A DNA stretch of 63,875 nt, filler included, from an uncultured Gemmatimonadota bacterium (GCA_964576115.1; 8 parts of 8 records of this genome joined end to end with filler, not necessarily neighbours in it), one strand, 5' to 3'; positions 9,679 to 19,691 are shown, counted from the first letter of the whole stretch. Made by a program: numbers and translations. The notes: a model not told the origin generated them from the sequence alone.

Positions 9679-9770
9679 GCAGGCGTGAACCGGCTCGCCC
9701 GGCGAATCCGGTCCCCCCGGCGAATCAGAGCGCACAACCGGTACGGTTTCATCCCGCTTGTCCTGATACT

Positions 9771-9870
9771 NNNNNNNNNNNNNNNNNNNNNNNNNNNNNN
9801 NNNNNNNNNNNNNNTTAATTAATTAANNNNNNNNNNNNNNNNNNNNNNNNNNNNNNNNNNNNNNNNNNNN
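9771..9870. other. Artificial contig spacer
   Basis: 44 N + TTAATTAATTAA (stops in all six frames) + 44 N. Confidence 0.98.
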
Positions 9871-9890
9871 GGCCGTGAAAGGAGTTCCGG

Positions 9891-11903
9891 GTGCAGAGGA
9901 GCGAAGCGGATGTCGCCGGCCTCACGGTGCCGGTTCTGGCCTGCCACACCCTGGTTGTGGGCAGCGGGGCGGCCTCGCTGGGGGCGGCCCTCAGCCTGCA
10001 CGCCGCGGATGTTCAGGACGTCCTCATCGCGACCGAAGAGTATACCGGCGGCACCTCGCGCAACGCCGGTTCCGACAAGCAGACCTATTACACCTCGGCC
10101 GTGGCCGGCGGCGGTCCCGGAGCGGTGGATGAAATGGTGCGGGACCTCTGTGACGGCGGGAGCATGCATGGCGATATTGCCCTGATTGAAGCCGCCAATT
10201 CAGCCCGGGCTTTTCACCGGCTGGTGGAACTGGGCCTGCCCTTTCCCCGCGACACCTACGGTCTTTTCCCCGGCTACCGGACCGACCACGATCGCCGCGG
10301 GCGGGGCACCTCGGCGGGGCCTCTGACCTCACGCTGGATGACCGAGGCTCTCGGGGGCGAGGTCGAACGACGCTCGATCCCGATCCTGGACGGCCACCGG
10401 GTGATAGCGCTCCTGACCGACGATGTCGATGGCGAGACTGCCGTCATCGGTGCCCTGGCTCTCGATCTGGAAGCGCTGGCCGCCGGGGGGCACGGATTTG
10501 TCCTCTTCAGGGCCCTCAATGTCATCCTGGGCACCGGTGGACCGGGCGCCCTGTACGCCGACTCGGTCTATCCCGCCAGCCAGTTCGGCAGCACCGGGCT
10601 GGCCCTGCGGGCCGGCGCCCGGGCCGTCAATCTGACCGAGTCTCAATTCGGGATCGCCTCGCTCGATCCCCGCTGGAATCTCTCCGGATCGTATCAGCAG
10701 GTTCTGCCCCGTTACCTTTCGAGAGCTCCTGACGGGAGTGATGAACGCGAGTTTCTCACCGATGTCTTCCCCGATCGCGAGCGGCTCCTGGCGGCCACCT
10801 TCCGCAAGGGGTACGAATGGCCCTTCGATCCCCGCCGGGTAGCCGACTATGGATCCAGCCTGATCGACCTGCTGGTCTGGCGGGAACGGACCGAACGGGG
10901 CCGCCGGGTCTTCCTCGACTATACCGTCAACCCCGCTGAAGATATGGAGGGGGGCGCTTTCGGTCTCGACCGACTCCCTGCCGAGGCTGCTGCTTATCTG
11001 GAGAAGTCGGGGGCGCGGGGTGTGACTCCGATCGAGCGTCTCGAGCAGATGAACCCGGCCGCGGTGGCGTTCTATACCGATCGCGGCCGCAACCTGGCCC
11101 GCGAAGCGCTCGGAATCGCCGTCTGCGCCCAGCACTGCAACGGCGGGCTCGAGGGGAACATCTGGTCCGAGTCGAACCTGCGGCACCTCTTCTGCGTCGG
11201 GGAACTCAACGGCTCGCACGGCGTGTACCGTCCCGGCGGAGCGGCTCTGAACGCGGGACAGGTGGGGGGTCTGCGGGCGGCGGAGTACATCGCCGCCCGC
11301 TGTACCGGAGAGCCGCCCGAACCGGCCGGGTTCCTGAACGCGGCCGCACCGGTGGTGCAGGAACATCTCGATCTGCTCGAACGGGCCCTGGCGCGGGGCG
11401 AAGCGGCGGCCCTGAATCCCGCCAGTGTCGGGCGTCGGATCGCCGAACGCATGTCTGCCGCGGCCGCTCACGTGCGGCGGCCCGCAGCCGTCGATGAGGC
11501 CCTGACCGAATCCCGCGCTCTCCTGGATACGCTGGACGAAGAAATCGGGATCGCCTCCCGGAGCGCGGCCGGGGATCTCTTCCGGGCTCGCGACCTGGCT
11601 CTGACCGAACGGTTCTGGCTCGAAGCGATCGCCGAATACCTGGCCCGCGGGGGCGGCAGCCGCGGATCGTATCTGGTACCCGACCCCGGGGGCGAGGTGG
11701 TGAACCCCGAACTCGGGGAGGCGGGCCGGATCCGGATCGCGGCCCCGGGGGATTTCTGTACCGGTCACATGCTCACCCTGCGGCTGGACGCAGCCGGGGG
11801 GATCGTCCCCGAGTGGATCGAACCCCGACCGATACCCGACTCCGAGCTGTGGTTCGAAGAGGTCTGGGCCCGGTACCGGGAATGGAGAGGAGAGAGAGGA
11901 TGA
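9891..11903 (+). CDS. FAD-dependent oxidoreductase, SdhA/NadB-like FAD_binding_2 fold, substrate unknown
   Basis: VVGSGAAS dinucleotide motif, GTGG, AQHCNGG and GELNGSHGVYRPGG; AAAGGAG RBS before the GTG. Confidence 0.75.
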   Translation: MQRSEADVAGLTVPVLACHTLVVGSGAASLGAALSLHAADVQDVLIATEEYTGGTSRNAGSDKQTYYTSAVAGGGPGAVDEMVRDLCDGGSMHGDIALIEAANSARAFHRLVELGLPFPRDTYGLFPGYRTDHDRRGRGTSAGPLTSRWMTEALGGEVERRSIPILDGHRVIALLTDDVDGETAVIGALALDLEALAAGGHGFVLFRALNVILGTGGPGALYADSVYPASQFGSTGLALRAGARAVNLTESQFGIASLDPRWNLSGSYQQVLPRYLSRAPDGSDEREFLTDVFPDRERLLAATFRKGYEWPFDPRRVADYGSSLIDLLVWRERTERGRRVFLDYTVNPAEDMEGGAFGLDRLPAEAAAYLEKSGARGVTPIERLEQMNPAAVAFYTDRGRNLAREALGIAVCAQHCNGGLEGNIWSESNLRHLFCVGELNGSHGVYRPGGAALNAGQVGGLRAAEYIAARCTGEPPEPAGFLNAAAPVVQEHLDLLERALARGEAAALNPASVGRRIAERMSAAAAHVRRPAAVDEALTESRALLDTLDEEIGIASRSAAGDLFRARDLALTERFWLEAIAEYLARGGGSRGSYLVPDPGGEVVNPELGEAGRIRIAAPGDFCTGHMLTLRLDAAGGIVPEWIEPRPIPDSELWFEEVWARYREWRGERG

Positions 11904-12691
11904 GCGAGCGACCGACCGCCTTCATCACCGGCGCCAGCCGGGGGATCGGACGGGCCATCGCCCTCGAGCTCGCCGCCCGGGGCTGGAACGTCGCCGGTCT
12001 GGCCCGCAGCGGGGCGGGGACCGACGGCCGTCCCGGACTGCACGACCTAGAGGCACCGGTCTCCGAAAGGGGAGGGCGGTTCCTGCCGCTGGTAGCCGAT
12101 GTCGCCGACACCGGCCGGCACCAGACTCTCGTCGAGGCTGTTCTCGAAACCTTCGGCCGTATCGATCTGCTGGTGAGCAACGCCGGGGTGGCGCCCGAGG
12201 AGCGGCGCGACCTGCTCGAAACCACCGAAGAAAGCTGGGAGAGGGTACTGGCGATCAACCTGCGCGGAGCCTTCTTTCTGGCCCAGAAGGTGGCCCGGGT
12301 GATGCTCGCGCACGAACCGGATTCCGAGGGGTACGAACCGGCAATCGTCTTCATCACCTCGATCTCGGCCTCAGCCGGTTCGATCGATCGGGCCGAATAC
12401 TGTATCGCCAAGGCGGGGTTGAGCATGGCCGCCGCCCTCTTCGCCGACCGGCTGGCCGGCGCCGGCATCCCGGTCTATGAGATCCGGCCGGGGATCATCC
12501 GGACCGACATGATCGCACCGGTTCTCGAGCGCTACGAAGCCATGGTCCGCGACGGGGACGTGCCGCTCGGGCGTCTGGGGGAGCCCGAGGACGTGGCCCG
12601 GATCGTGGCCGCCCTGGCCCGGGGCGACCTGGCCTATGCCACCGGCGCCGTGATCGAAGTGAGCGGGGGCATGAACCTCAGACGACTTTGA
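11900..12691 (+). CDS. Short-chain dehydrogenase/reductase (SDR)
   Basis: TGASRGIG, NAG and YCIAK (YxxxK); ATGA overlap with the upstream gene at 11900-11903. Confidence 0.9.
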   Translation: MSERPTAFITGASRGIGRAIALELAARGWNVAGLARSGAGTDGRPGLHDLEAPVSERGGRFLPLVADVADTGRHQTLVEAVLETFGRIDLLVSNAGVAPEERRDLLETTEESWERVLAINLRGAFFLAQKVARVMLAHEPDSEGYEPAIVFITSISASAGSIDRAEYCIAKAGLSMAAALFADRLAGAGIPVYEIRPGIIRTDMIAPVLERYEAMVRDGDVPLGRLGEPEDVARIVAALARGDLAYATGAVIEVSGGMNLRRL

Positions 12692-12716
12692 GTACGAAGC
12701 CACAAGAGAGGCACCC

Positions 12717-14492
12717 ATGGAGATATCCCGCCGGCTCTACGACGAACTGCGCACCGGGCGGCTGGTGGCCCTGCTCGCGCCCGAGTGCCCCGATGAGTGC
12801 CTGGCGGCGTACGAACTGCTCTCGGCCCATGGGGTGATCCTCGAGATCGCCCTGCGCACCGACGCCGCCGAAGAGGGATTCAGAGCCGTGACCGGGGCTC
12901 ATCCCGATGCTCTCCTGCTGGCCGGAACGGTCATGACCCCCGGGCAGGCCGAACGGGCCCTGGCAGCCGGGGCGGCCGGGATCGTCTCGGCCGACTATGT
13001 CCCCGAGGTGGTCGATCTCTGCTGCGAGCGCGACGTGCTCTGCCTGCCCGGCGGTCTGGCCGACGCCGGCAAGCAGCTGGCGCGCAAGGCCGCCGCCTAC
13101 GGCCTGAGCCTGGAAGAACTGCATGCCCGTCACCCCTGGCAGTGGGGGTACAAGCTCTTTCCCGCCTTCGCCGGAACGACCGACAACACCGGCCTGGCCC
13201 GGGCCTGGCGGGGACCGTACCGCGATCTGCTCGTGGTCTACACCGGCGGCGTGACCCGAGACACGCTGCCCCGTATCGCCGCCGCCGACACCGGAGCCGT
13301 CGTCTGCGCCTCGGCTCTGGCCGCTCACCTCGACGATCCCGAACGCACCGCCTCCGAGATCGCGCACTGGCGGGCGGTGCTCGCGGGCTCCGAGGATGAA
13401 ACGGCGCCGGCGGCACCTGTGAGGACCGCCGTCGCCCGAACCGCACCGGCCCACCTTGATGGCGCTCCCGGACCGCGCCTGGTGACCTGCGGCGAGCTGA
13501 TGCTGCGGCTCTCCCCCCCGGCGGGGGTACGCCTGCGCAACGCCGGCTCGCTGGCGGTCCACTTCGGCGGTGCGGCGGCCAACGTGGCGGCCTCGGTGGC
13601 CGGTTTCGGTCTCGAGGCCGATTTCGTCTCGGCTCTGCCCGAGAACGAGCTGGGCCTCAGTGCCCGGCGCACTCTGCGGGCCCACGGCATCGGCACCGGG
13701 GCGGTGCGTGCGGGCCAGGGGCGGATGGGGATCTACTATCTCGAGCATGGCTCCGGCCCCCGCCCCTCGAAGGTCGTCTACGACCGGGCCGGTTCGGCTT
13801 TCGCCCGGCTACAGCCCGGCGATATCGACTGGTCCGGGATCCTCGAAGGGGCGGCCTGGTTCCACTGGACCGGTATCACCCCCGCCCTGGGGGACAACGT
13901 GGCGGCGTTCCTGCGCGAAGGGCTCGAAACCGCCCGCGAGCTGGGAGTCAAGGTCAGCGCCGACCTGAATTACCGCAGCCGGCTCTGGACTCCGGAACGG
14001 GCCCGCGAGGTCATGACCTCTCTCATGCCCTATGTCGACCTGCTCATTGCCAACGAGGAAGATCCCGAGAAGGTTTTCGGTCTGCGGGCCGAGAAGAGCG
14101 ATGTCGAGGCGGGCGACATCGACGTCGAGGCCTACGGGACTCTGGCCGCCGGGCTCATCGAACGCTTCGCCTTCGAGACCGTGGCGATCACTCTGCGCGA
14201 GAGCGTCTCGGCCTCGCACAACCGCTGGTCGGCCGGCCTGCACGACGGCCGGCACTTCCATCACAGTCCAGTCTACGAGGTGCCGGTCATCGACCGGGTC
14301 GGGGCGGGGGACGCGTTTGCCGCCGGTCTCATATACGGCCTGCTGAGCGGCAAGGAGGCTCCCGACGCCCTGACTTTCGCAGTGGCCGCCGGCGCCCTGA
14401 AACACTCGATCGTCGGCGATTTCAACCTCGTGGATGCCGGGGAAGTCGCCAGGCTTGCAGCCGGATCGGCCTCGGGCCGGGTCATCCGGTGA
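12717..14492 (+). CDS. Fusion of KDPG/KHG aldolase (Eda-like, N-terminal) and 2-keto-3-deoxygluconate kinase (KdgK, PfkB family, C-terminal)
   Basis: N-terminal LEIALRT, AGTV, KLFPA and TGGV; Ala/Pro linker; C-terminal GELMLRL, GGAAANVA, VYDRAGSA, DLNYR and DRVGAGDAF. Confidence 0.85.
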   Translation: MEISRRLYDELRTGRLVALLAPECPDECLAAYELLSAHGVILEIALRTDAAEEGFRAVTGAHPDALLLAGTVMTPGQAERALAAGAAGIVSADYVPEVVDLCCERDVLCLPGGLADAGKQLARKAAAYGLSLEELHARHPWQWGYKLFPAFAGTTDNTGLARAWRGPYRDLLVVYTGGVTRDTLPRIAAADTGAVVCASALAAHLDDPERTASEIAHWRAVLAGSEDETAPAAPVRTAVARTAPAHLDGAPGPRLVTCGELMLRLSPPAGVRLRNAGSLAVHFGGAAANVAASVAGFGLEADFVSALPENELGLSARRTLRAHGIGTGAVRAGQGRMGIYYLEHGSGPRPSKVVYDRAGSAFARLQPGDIDWSGILEGAAWFHWTGITPALGDNVAAFLREGLETARELGVKVSADLNYRSRLWTPERAREVMTSLMPYVDLLIANEEDPEKVFGLRAEKSDVEAGDIDVEAYGTLAAGLIERFAFETVAITLRESVSASHNRWSAGLHDGRHFHHSPVYEVPVIDRVGAGDAFAAGLIYGLLSGKEAPDALTFAVAAGALKHSIVGDFNLVDAGEVARLAAGSASGRVIR

Positions 14493-14559
14493 CACCTGTC
14501 CTCGTTCGCCGAACCGTGTCGGCGCAGCGTTGTCCCGTCGGGCCGGATACCGCAGCGGC

Positions 14560-16599
14560 ATGATCGACGCCGCCGAACACGTCTATGCCGACGATCCCGC
14601 CTGCGGGCATCCCGACGTACGCACCCGCCTGCGCGACGCCTCCTATTTCTTTCTCGGCAACGGTCACATCCTGGCCGCCGTGCAGTGGTCTCCCTCGGGC
14701 GAGGGCACTCCCCTCGGCCTGCTGATCTCCGATCCCGACCGGTTGGGTCCGAAGCGGGCCTGCCTGACCCTCGATGAGACGTACGGGCTCGAGCCGACCC
14801 GCTTCACCTGCACAGCTCCCGACGGCCGGCGGATCGTCCCGGCCGATCCTTCGGTAACGTGGAGCGAGTACGACGGTATTCCCGTCGTGACCGCTGAGTG
14901 GCAGAGCGCCGGGCTGGCCGTGACCGAGCACTTTCTCTGCCCCGATTCCGGCATGCCCGTTCTCCACCGGTACATATCGATCCGGGCCGAGGAGGGTGGG
15001 GGGGAGCCGCTCCTCGGACGCACCGCCGCCGGTCGGGCGGTCTGGGAAGCGGAACTGGTCTGGGATGAGGAGCGGCGGATCGATGTGGGTCTCGTCTACA
15101 CCCTGGATGCGCAGGCCGGTGAAATCGCCCTGACCCGGCTTGGAGCTCAAACCGGGACCGTAGCGTTCCCCGCCGGCAGCTCTGCCCGGCGGCGCACCGC
15201 CCGGGTTCGGACCGGTTCGGAGCGCCTCGACCGCTTCTTCGCTGCTGCTGCGGCCCAGTTGCCGGCGGTCGTTTCGGCCTCGGGCCGGGTCGATGCCAGC
15301 ATCTGGCAGTACCACCGGGAGTGGGTGCGCGATCATGCCGCCATGGCCGTCGGTCTGGTCCTGGCCGGTCGTCACGACCGTGCCGGCCGCCTGCTCGAGC
15401 GGCTGTGTGATGAATTCGTGACCCCCGAAGGGGACACCATCGATTCGAGTGAGCGCCGCTCGGCCGACGAGGTCGAACTCGATCAGAACGGCGAACTGCT
15501 GCACGCCCTGGCCACCTGGATGCTCTGGACCGGCGAGACCGGGTTGATCGAAGAGCGGTGGGAGCGGATCGTCCGGGTTGCTTCCTACCCCTTCACCGCA
15601 CCCTTCCGGCGCGATCCCCCGGGCCTGCTGGCCAACCGGCGCGAGTACTGGGAGCGGCACGCCCTGTTCGGAATCGAGTCCGGCTTCGAGCTCAGTTACC
15701 AGACCTGGAACGTGATCGGCCTGCAGGCCGCGGCGGTGATGGCCGCCGGAATAGGCGAAATCGAGCAAGCGGCTGCATGGGGCGATCGGGCCGAACGACT
15801 GCTGCGGACCGTGCTCGAAGACCCGCAGTACGCCCTGCACGACGAACGCGGTTTCATCAAGCGCCGGGCTCTGGACGGTGCCGTCCAGGAAACGATCACT
15901 CCCCCTCGGGGGGCGGAGCTGGCTCCCGGAATCGGTCTGCTACGGCCCGGTGAGCATCCCCTGAATCCCGACAGCGCCGCGGCCCTGCCGATCGCTTTTG
16001 AACTCGTCGATCCCCTCTCTCCTCTGGCCGACGCCACCATGGCCGCGCTCGAGCAGCTCTGGAACCAGGACTGGAACGAAGGCGGGTACGCCCGTTACCA
16101 CATCGCAGGCGAAGCCGACCAGCCGGGAAGCTGGCCTTTCCCCTCGCTCTTCATCGCCCGGGCCGCGCTCGAGCGGGCCGAGTACGACAAGGTCGAACGG
16201 ATCCTGGCCTGGCTCGACACCATGCCGGGCGCTGCGGCCGGGAGCTGGTTCGAGACCTACGCCGAGCGGCTCTCACCCCCCGGCCCGCAGGTGGGCATCC
16301 CGCCGTGGACCTGGGCCGAGATGATCGTGCTCGTGGTCCACCACCTGCTCGGGGTGCGGCCGACCCGGCACGGGATCGTGCTCAGGCCGCGCCTGCTGCC
16401 CGGCATGAGAGAGGTCGACGCCCGGTTGTGCGTACGCGGACACACGCTCGAGCTGGGGCTGCGAACCGATGCTTCCGGCGACGGTATCGAGGGCACGACC
16501 GACGGCCGCTTTCTGCACCTCGGTCCCGACGAGGTCCTGCTGGCCTGGCCCGGGGATGATGTCGGCGTACTCCTGCACCTGCCCGACCCTGACGGCTGA
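14560..16599 (+). CDS. GH15-like (alpha/alpha)6 glycoside hydrolase; start uncertain
   Basis: YHREWVRD, ELDQNG, EYWER and DSAAAL motifs resemble glucoamylase/GH15 six-hairpin enzymes. Confidence 0.6.
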   Translation: MIDAAEHVYADDPACGHPDVRTRLRDASYFFLGNGHILAAVQWSPSGEGTPLGLLISDPDRLGPKRACLTLDETYGLEPTRFTCTAPDGRRIVPADPSVTWSEYDGIPVVTAEWQSAGLAVTEHFLCPDSGMPVLHRYISIRAEEGGGEPLLGRTAAGRAVWEAELVWDEERRIDVGLVYTLDAQAGEIALTRLGAQTGTVAFPAGSSARRRTARVRTGSERLDRFFAAAAAQLPAVVSASGRVDASIWQYHREWVRDHAAMAVGLVLAGRHDRAGRLLERLCDEFVTPEGDTIDSSERRSADEVELDQNGELLHALATWMLWTGETGLIEERWERIVRVASYPFTAPFRRDPPGLLANRREYWERHALFGIESGFELSYQTWNVIGLQAAAVMAAGIGEIEQAAAWGDRAERLLRTVLEDPQYALHDERGFIKRRALDGAVQETITPPRGAELAPGIGLLRPGEHPLNPDSAAALPIAFELVDPLSPLADATMAALEQLWNQDWNEGGYARYHIAGEADQPGSWPFPSLFIARAALERAEYDKVERILAWLDTMPGAAAGSWFETYAERLSPPGPQVGIPPWTWAEMIVLVVHHLLGVRPTRHGIVLRPRLLPGMREVDARLCVRGHTLELGLRTDASGDGIEGTTDGRFLHLGPDEVLLAWPGDDVGVLLHLPDPDG

Positions 16600-16621
16600 T
16601 CGATCTGAAAGGACCGCTCCG

Positions 16622-19138
16622 ATGGCGGAGAAACAACTCTTTCTCGTCTGCAACTCCCACCTCGATCCGGTCTGGCTCTGGGAGTGGGAGGAGGGTCTGG
16701 CCGAAACGCTCGGCACCTTCAGAACCGCCGCCGATCTCTGCGAGGAGTACGGCGGGTTCGTTTTCTGCCACAACGAGGCTCTTCTCTACGCCTGGGTCGA
16801 GGAGTACGAGCCGGCCCTGTTCAAGCGTATCCGCAAGCTGGTCCGCAAGGGACGCTGGCACATCATGGGGGGCTGGTACCTGCAGCCCGACTGCAACCTG
16901 CCGTCGGCCGAGTCGTTCGTGCGCCAGATCCTGGTCGGCAAGCGCTACTTTCTCGATCGTTTCGAGGTCGAGCCCACCGTCGCCGTCAATCTCGATCCCT
17001 TCGGACACACCCGGGGCCTGGTGCAGATCCTGCGTCGCTCCGGGTACGACGCTTACCTCTTCTGCCGTCCCGGCCCCGGCGATCTCGACCTGCCCGGCGA
17101 CGATTTCATCTGGGTCGGCTACGACTCGTCCGAGATCCTCGCCCACCGGGCCCCCGATCACTACAACTCCGAGCGCGGCCGGGCGGCCGGGAAGATCCGG
17201 GCCTGGCTCGAACGCAATCCCGACCGGGAGAGCGGGCTTCTGCTCTGGGGCATCGGCGATCACGGCGGCGGCCCTTCGCGCGAGGACCTCGCACAGATCG
17301 ACCGGGTGCAGCGCAAGGTCAGGGACCGGGAGATTCTCCACGGCACGCCTGAAGAGTATTTTGCCGCCCGGAGTGCCTCGGGGGCTGAACTGCCGCGGTA
17401 CTCAGCCGACCTCAATCCCTGGGCGGTCGGTTGCTATACCACCATGGCTGCGATCAAGCAGGGCCACCGGCGGCTGGAAAACCTGCTTTTCAGTACCGAA
17501 AAGCTGCTGACCGGAGCCTGGCTGCAGGGGCTCACCGATTATCCTCATCCCGAACTCACGTCGGCTCAGGAAGACCTGCTTTTCTGTCAGTTCCACGACA
17601 TTCTGCCCGGTTCGGCGATCGAATCCGTCGAGCGCTATGCCCGTCAGCGGCTCGACCACGGCCTCGAGATCCTCTCCCGCCTGCGCGCCCGGGCCTTCTT
17701 CGCCCTGCTCGCCGGTCAGGAGCGTCCCGCCGAAGGCGAATACCCGATCTTCGTCGCCAATCCCCATCCCTGGCCGGTTCGGCACACCGTTGTGGCCGAG
17801 TTCCAGCCCCCCGAACCCAACCACGATCCCGATCTCTTTCTCGAACCCGAACTGTGCGATGCCGACGGCCGGCCGGTGCCCTTTCAACTCGAGCAGGAGA
17901 GCAGCAACATCAGCACCGATCAGCGCAAGCGGCTCGTTTTCGACGCTCTTCTCGAGCCCTCGACCATGCATCGGTTTACCTGCCGGTTGAATCTGGTGCC
18001 CCGCGCTCCGGATCCCGAGGCCCCTCCGGACGATTTCACCTTCACTACTGACCGGGCTGAGCTGACCATCGACCCCCGCACCGGTCTCATCGACCGCTTC
18101 ACGGTCGATGGCGAGACCTGCCTGGCCCGGGGGGCCGGCCGCCTGCTGGTGATGGCCGACGATCCCGATCCGTGGGGCATGAAGGTGCGCTCCTTCCGCG
18201 AGCTGCTCGGTGCCTTCCGCCTGCTCTCGGCCGAAGAGGGCGCCGAGTTCGCCGGAATCGAGGCTTCCCGGCTGGCGCCGGTCCGCGTCATCGAATCGGG
18301 GCCCGTGCGCACCATCGTCGAAGCCCTCTTCGCCTTCGCGCATTCAGCCCTCGCTTTGCGCTATATCATCCCGGCCGAAGGCACCGCGTTCGAACTCGAA
18401 CTGCGGACGGTCTGGATGGAGAAGGACCGCATGCTCAAGCTCAGCCTGCCGACCCCCTTCGCCGGGGGCCGCTGCCTGGGTCAGGTGGCCGGCGGGACCG
18501 AGCAGTATGATCGCGACGGCGAGGAATGTGTGGCCCAGAAGTGGGTCGGTCTGATTTCGGGAGACGGCCGCACCGCGCTGGCCGTGATCAACGACGGCAC
18601 CTACGGTTTCGATGCCGCCGGAGGGGAACTGCGTCTGAGTCTGCTCCGTTCGGCCGCCCATGCCGGCCACCCCGTGACCGACGGGGTGCCGATCGTCCGC
18701 CAGGACCGCTTTACACCTCGCATCGATATCGGGGAGCGCACCTTCCGTTTCCGGATCGAAGCCGGACCGGCCGCCGAACTCCTGCCCGGTCTCGACCGCC
18801 GGGCCCTGAAGGACAACGAACGGCCGATGGTCCTCTGTGCCTCCCCGCCGGGGCAGGGCCGCCGGCCGCTGCCCTGGCTCGAACTCTCCGACGAGGCCGT
18901 GGTGCTCACCGCCGCCAAGCTGGCCGAGGATTCCGACCGCGTCGTCCTGCGTCTTTACAATCCCCGGCCCGAGGGACGAACAACGACGGTCATCATCCAG
19001 CCGCTCGATCTGACCTTCAACCGCAGCCTGGGGCCCTATGAACTGCAGACTCTGCTCGTGGACCCCGATTCCGGCGAAGTGGTCGAAACCGACCTGCTGG
19101 AACGGGAACTGCCGTCCGGAGACGAAGGAGAGCGATGA
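16622..19138 (+). CDS. GH38 alpha-mannosidase
   Basis: NSHLDPVWLW (Zn HxD), GGWYLQPDCN, DPFGH nucleophile, GDHGGGP and FHDILPG; GAAAGGA RBS. Confidence 0.92.
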   Translation: MAEKQLFLVCNSHLDPVWLWEWEEGLAETLGTFRTAADLCEEYGGFVFCHNEALLYAWVEEYEPALFKRIRKLVRKGRWHIMGGWYLQPDCNLPSAESFVRQILVGKRYFLDRFEVEPTVAVNLDPFGHTRGLVQILRRSGYDAYLFCRPGPGDLDLPGDDFIWVGYDSSEILAHRAPDHYNSERGRAAGKIRAWLERNPDRESGLLLWGIGDHGGGPSREDLAQIDRVQRKVRDREILHGTPEEYFAARSASGAELPRYSADLNPWAVGCYTTMAAIKQGHRRLENLLFSTEKLLTGAWLQGLTDYPHPELTSAQEDLLFCQFHDILPGSAIESVERYARQRLDHGLEILSRLRARAFFALLAGQERPAEGEYPIFVANPHPWPVRHTVVAEFQPPEPNHDPDLFLEPELCDADGRPVPFQLEQESSNISTDQRKRLVFDALLEPSTMHRFTCRLNLVPRAPDPEAPPDDFTFTTDRAELTIDPRTGLIDRFTVDGETCLARGAGRLLVMADDPDPWGMKVRSFRELLGAFRLLSAEEGAEFAGIEASRLAPVRVIESGPVRTIVEALFAFAHSALALRYIIPAEGTAFELELRTVWMEKDRMLKLSLPTPFAGGRCLGQVAGGTEQYDRDGEECVAQKWVGLISGDGRTALAVINDGTYGFDAAGGELRLSLLRSAAHAGHPVTDGVPIVRQDRFTPRIDIGERTFRFRIEAGPAAELLPGLDRRALKDNERPMVLCASPPGQGRRPLPWLELSDEAVVLTAAKLAEDSDRVVLRLYNPRPEGRTTTVIIQPLDLTFNRSLGPYELQTLLVDPDSGEVVETDLLERELPSGDEGER

Positions 19139-19159
19139 GGGCGTGCGTGCCGACTCCGG

Positions 19160-19591
19160 TCAGGGTCGGGGAGCGTCCTGCCCGCCCGCGTTCGCCGGAC
19201 TGCGGCTCGCCCGGGCGAGGTCGTAGAGCGATTCGCTGATCCGATAGGTGTGCACGGCCGGAAAGTCGTCGACGGGCGTGTAGAGCCGGTAGGCCCGGCC
19301 GTCGCGGATCACCTCGGGCAGAAAGGGGAATTCGGCCCGGGCCGCCAGACGTCCGGTCGACAGATCGATGATATCCACCAGGTGCGGTTCTGTCTCCAGA
19401 TCCTCATCCTCGAAGTCGCGGCCGGCCGAATCGGTGGGTGCGAAGTGGAAGCCGAAGAGAACGCCCCGATCGCTGCGCAGAGCCTTCAGGGGCGGGTAGA
19501 ATTCGGTGTCCTGCATGATCTCGCGGATCATCGGGTCTACCTCGATATGGAGGTTGATCGACTCGACGATGGTCGGCTGGGGATTGCGCAC
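19160..19591 (-). CDS. C-terminal fragment of a probable 6-bladed beta-propeller protein, 5' truncated by the contig end
   Basis: Open frame runs to the contig edge; ends VDIIDLSTGRL...IRDGRAY...PAVHTYRI, like propeller C-termini. Confidence 0.5.
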   Translation of the reverse strand: MRNPQPTIVESINLHIEVDPMIREIMQDTEFYPPLKALRSDRGVLFGFHFAPTDSAGRDFEDEDLETEPHLVDIIDLSTGRLAARAEFPFLPEVIRDGRAYRLYTPVDDFPAVHTYRISESLYDLARASRSPANAGGQDAPRP

Positions 19592-19691
19592 NNNNNNNNN
19601 NNNNNNNNNNNNNNNNNNNNNNNNNNNNNNNNNNNTTAATTAATTAANNNNNNNNNNNNNNNNNNNNNNNNNNNNNNNNNNNNNNNNNNNN
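19592..19691. other. Artificial contig spacer
   Basis: 44N-TTAATTAATTAA-44N. Confidence 0.98.
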
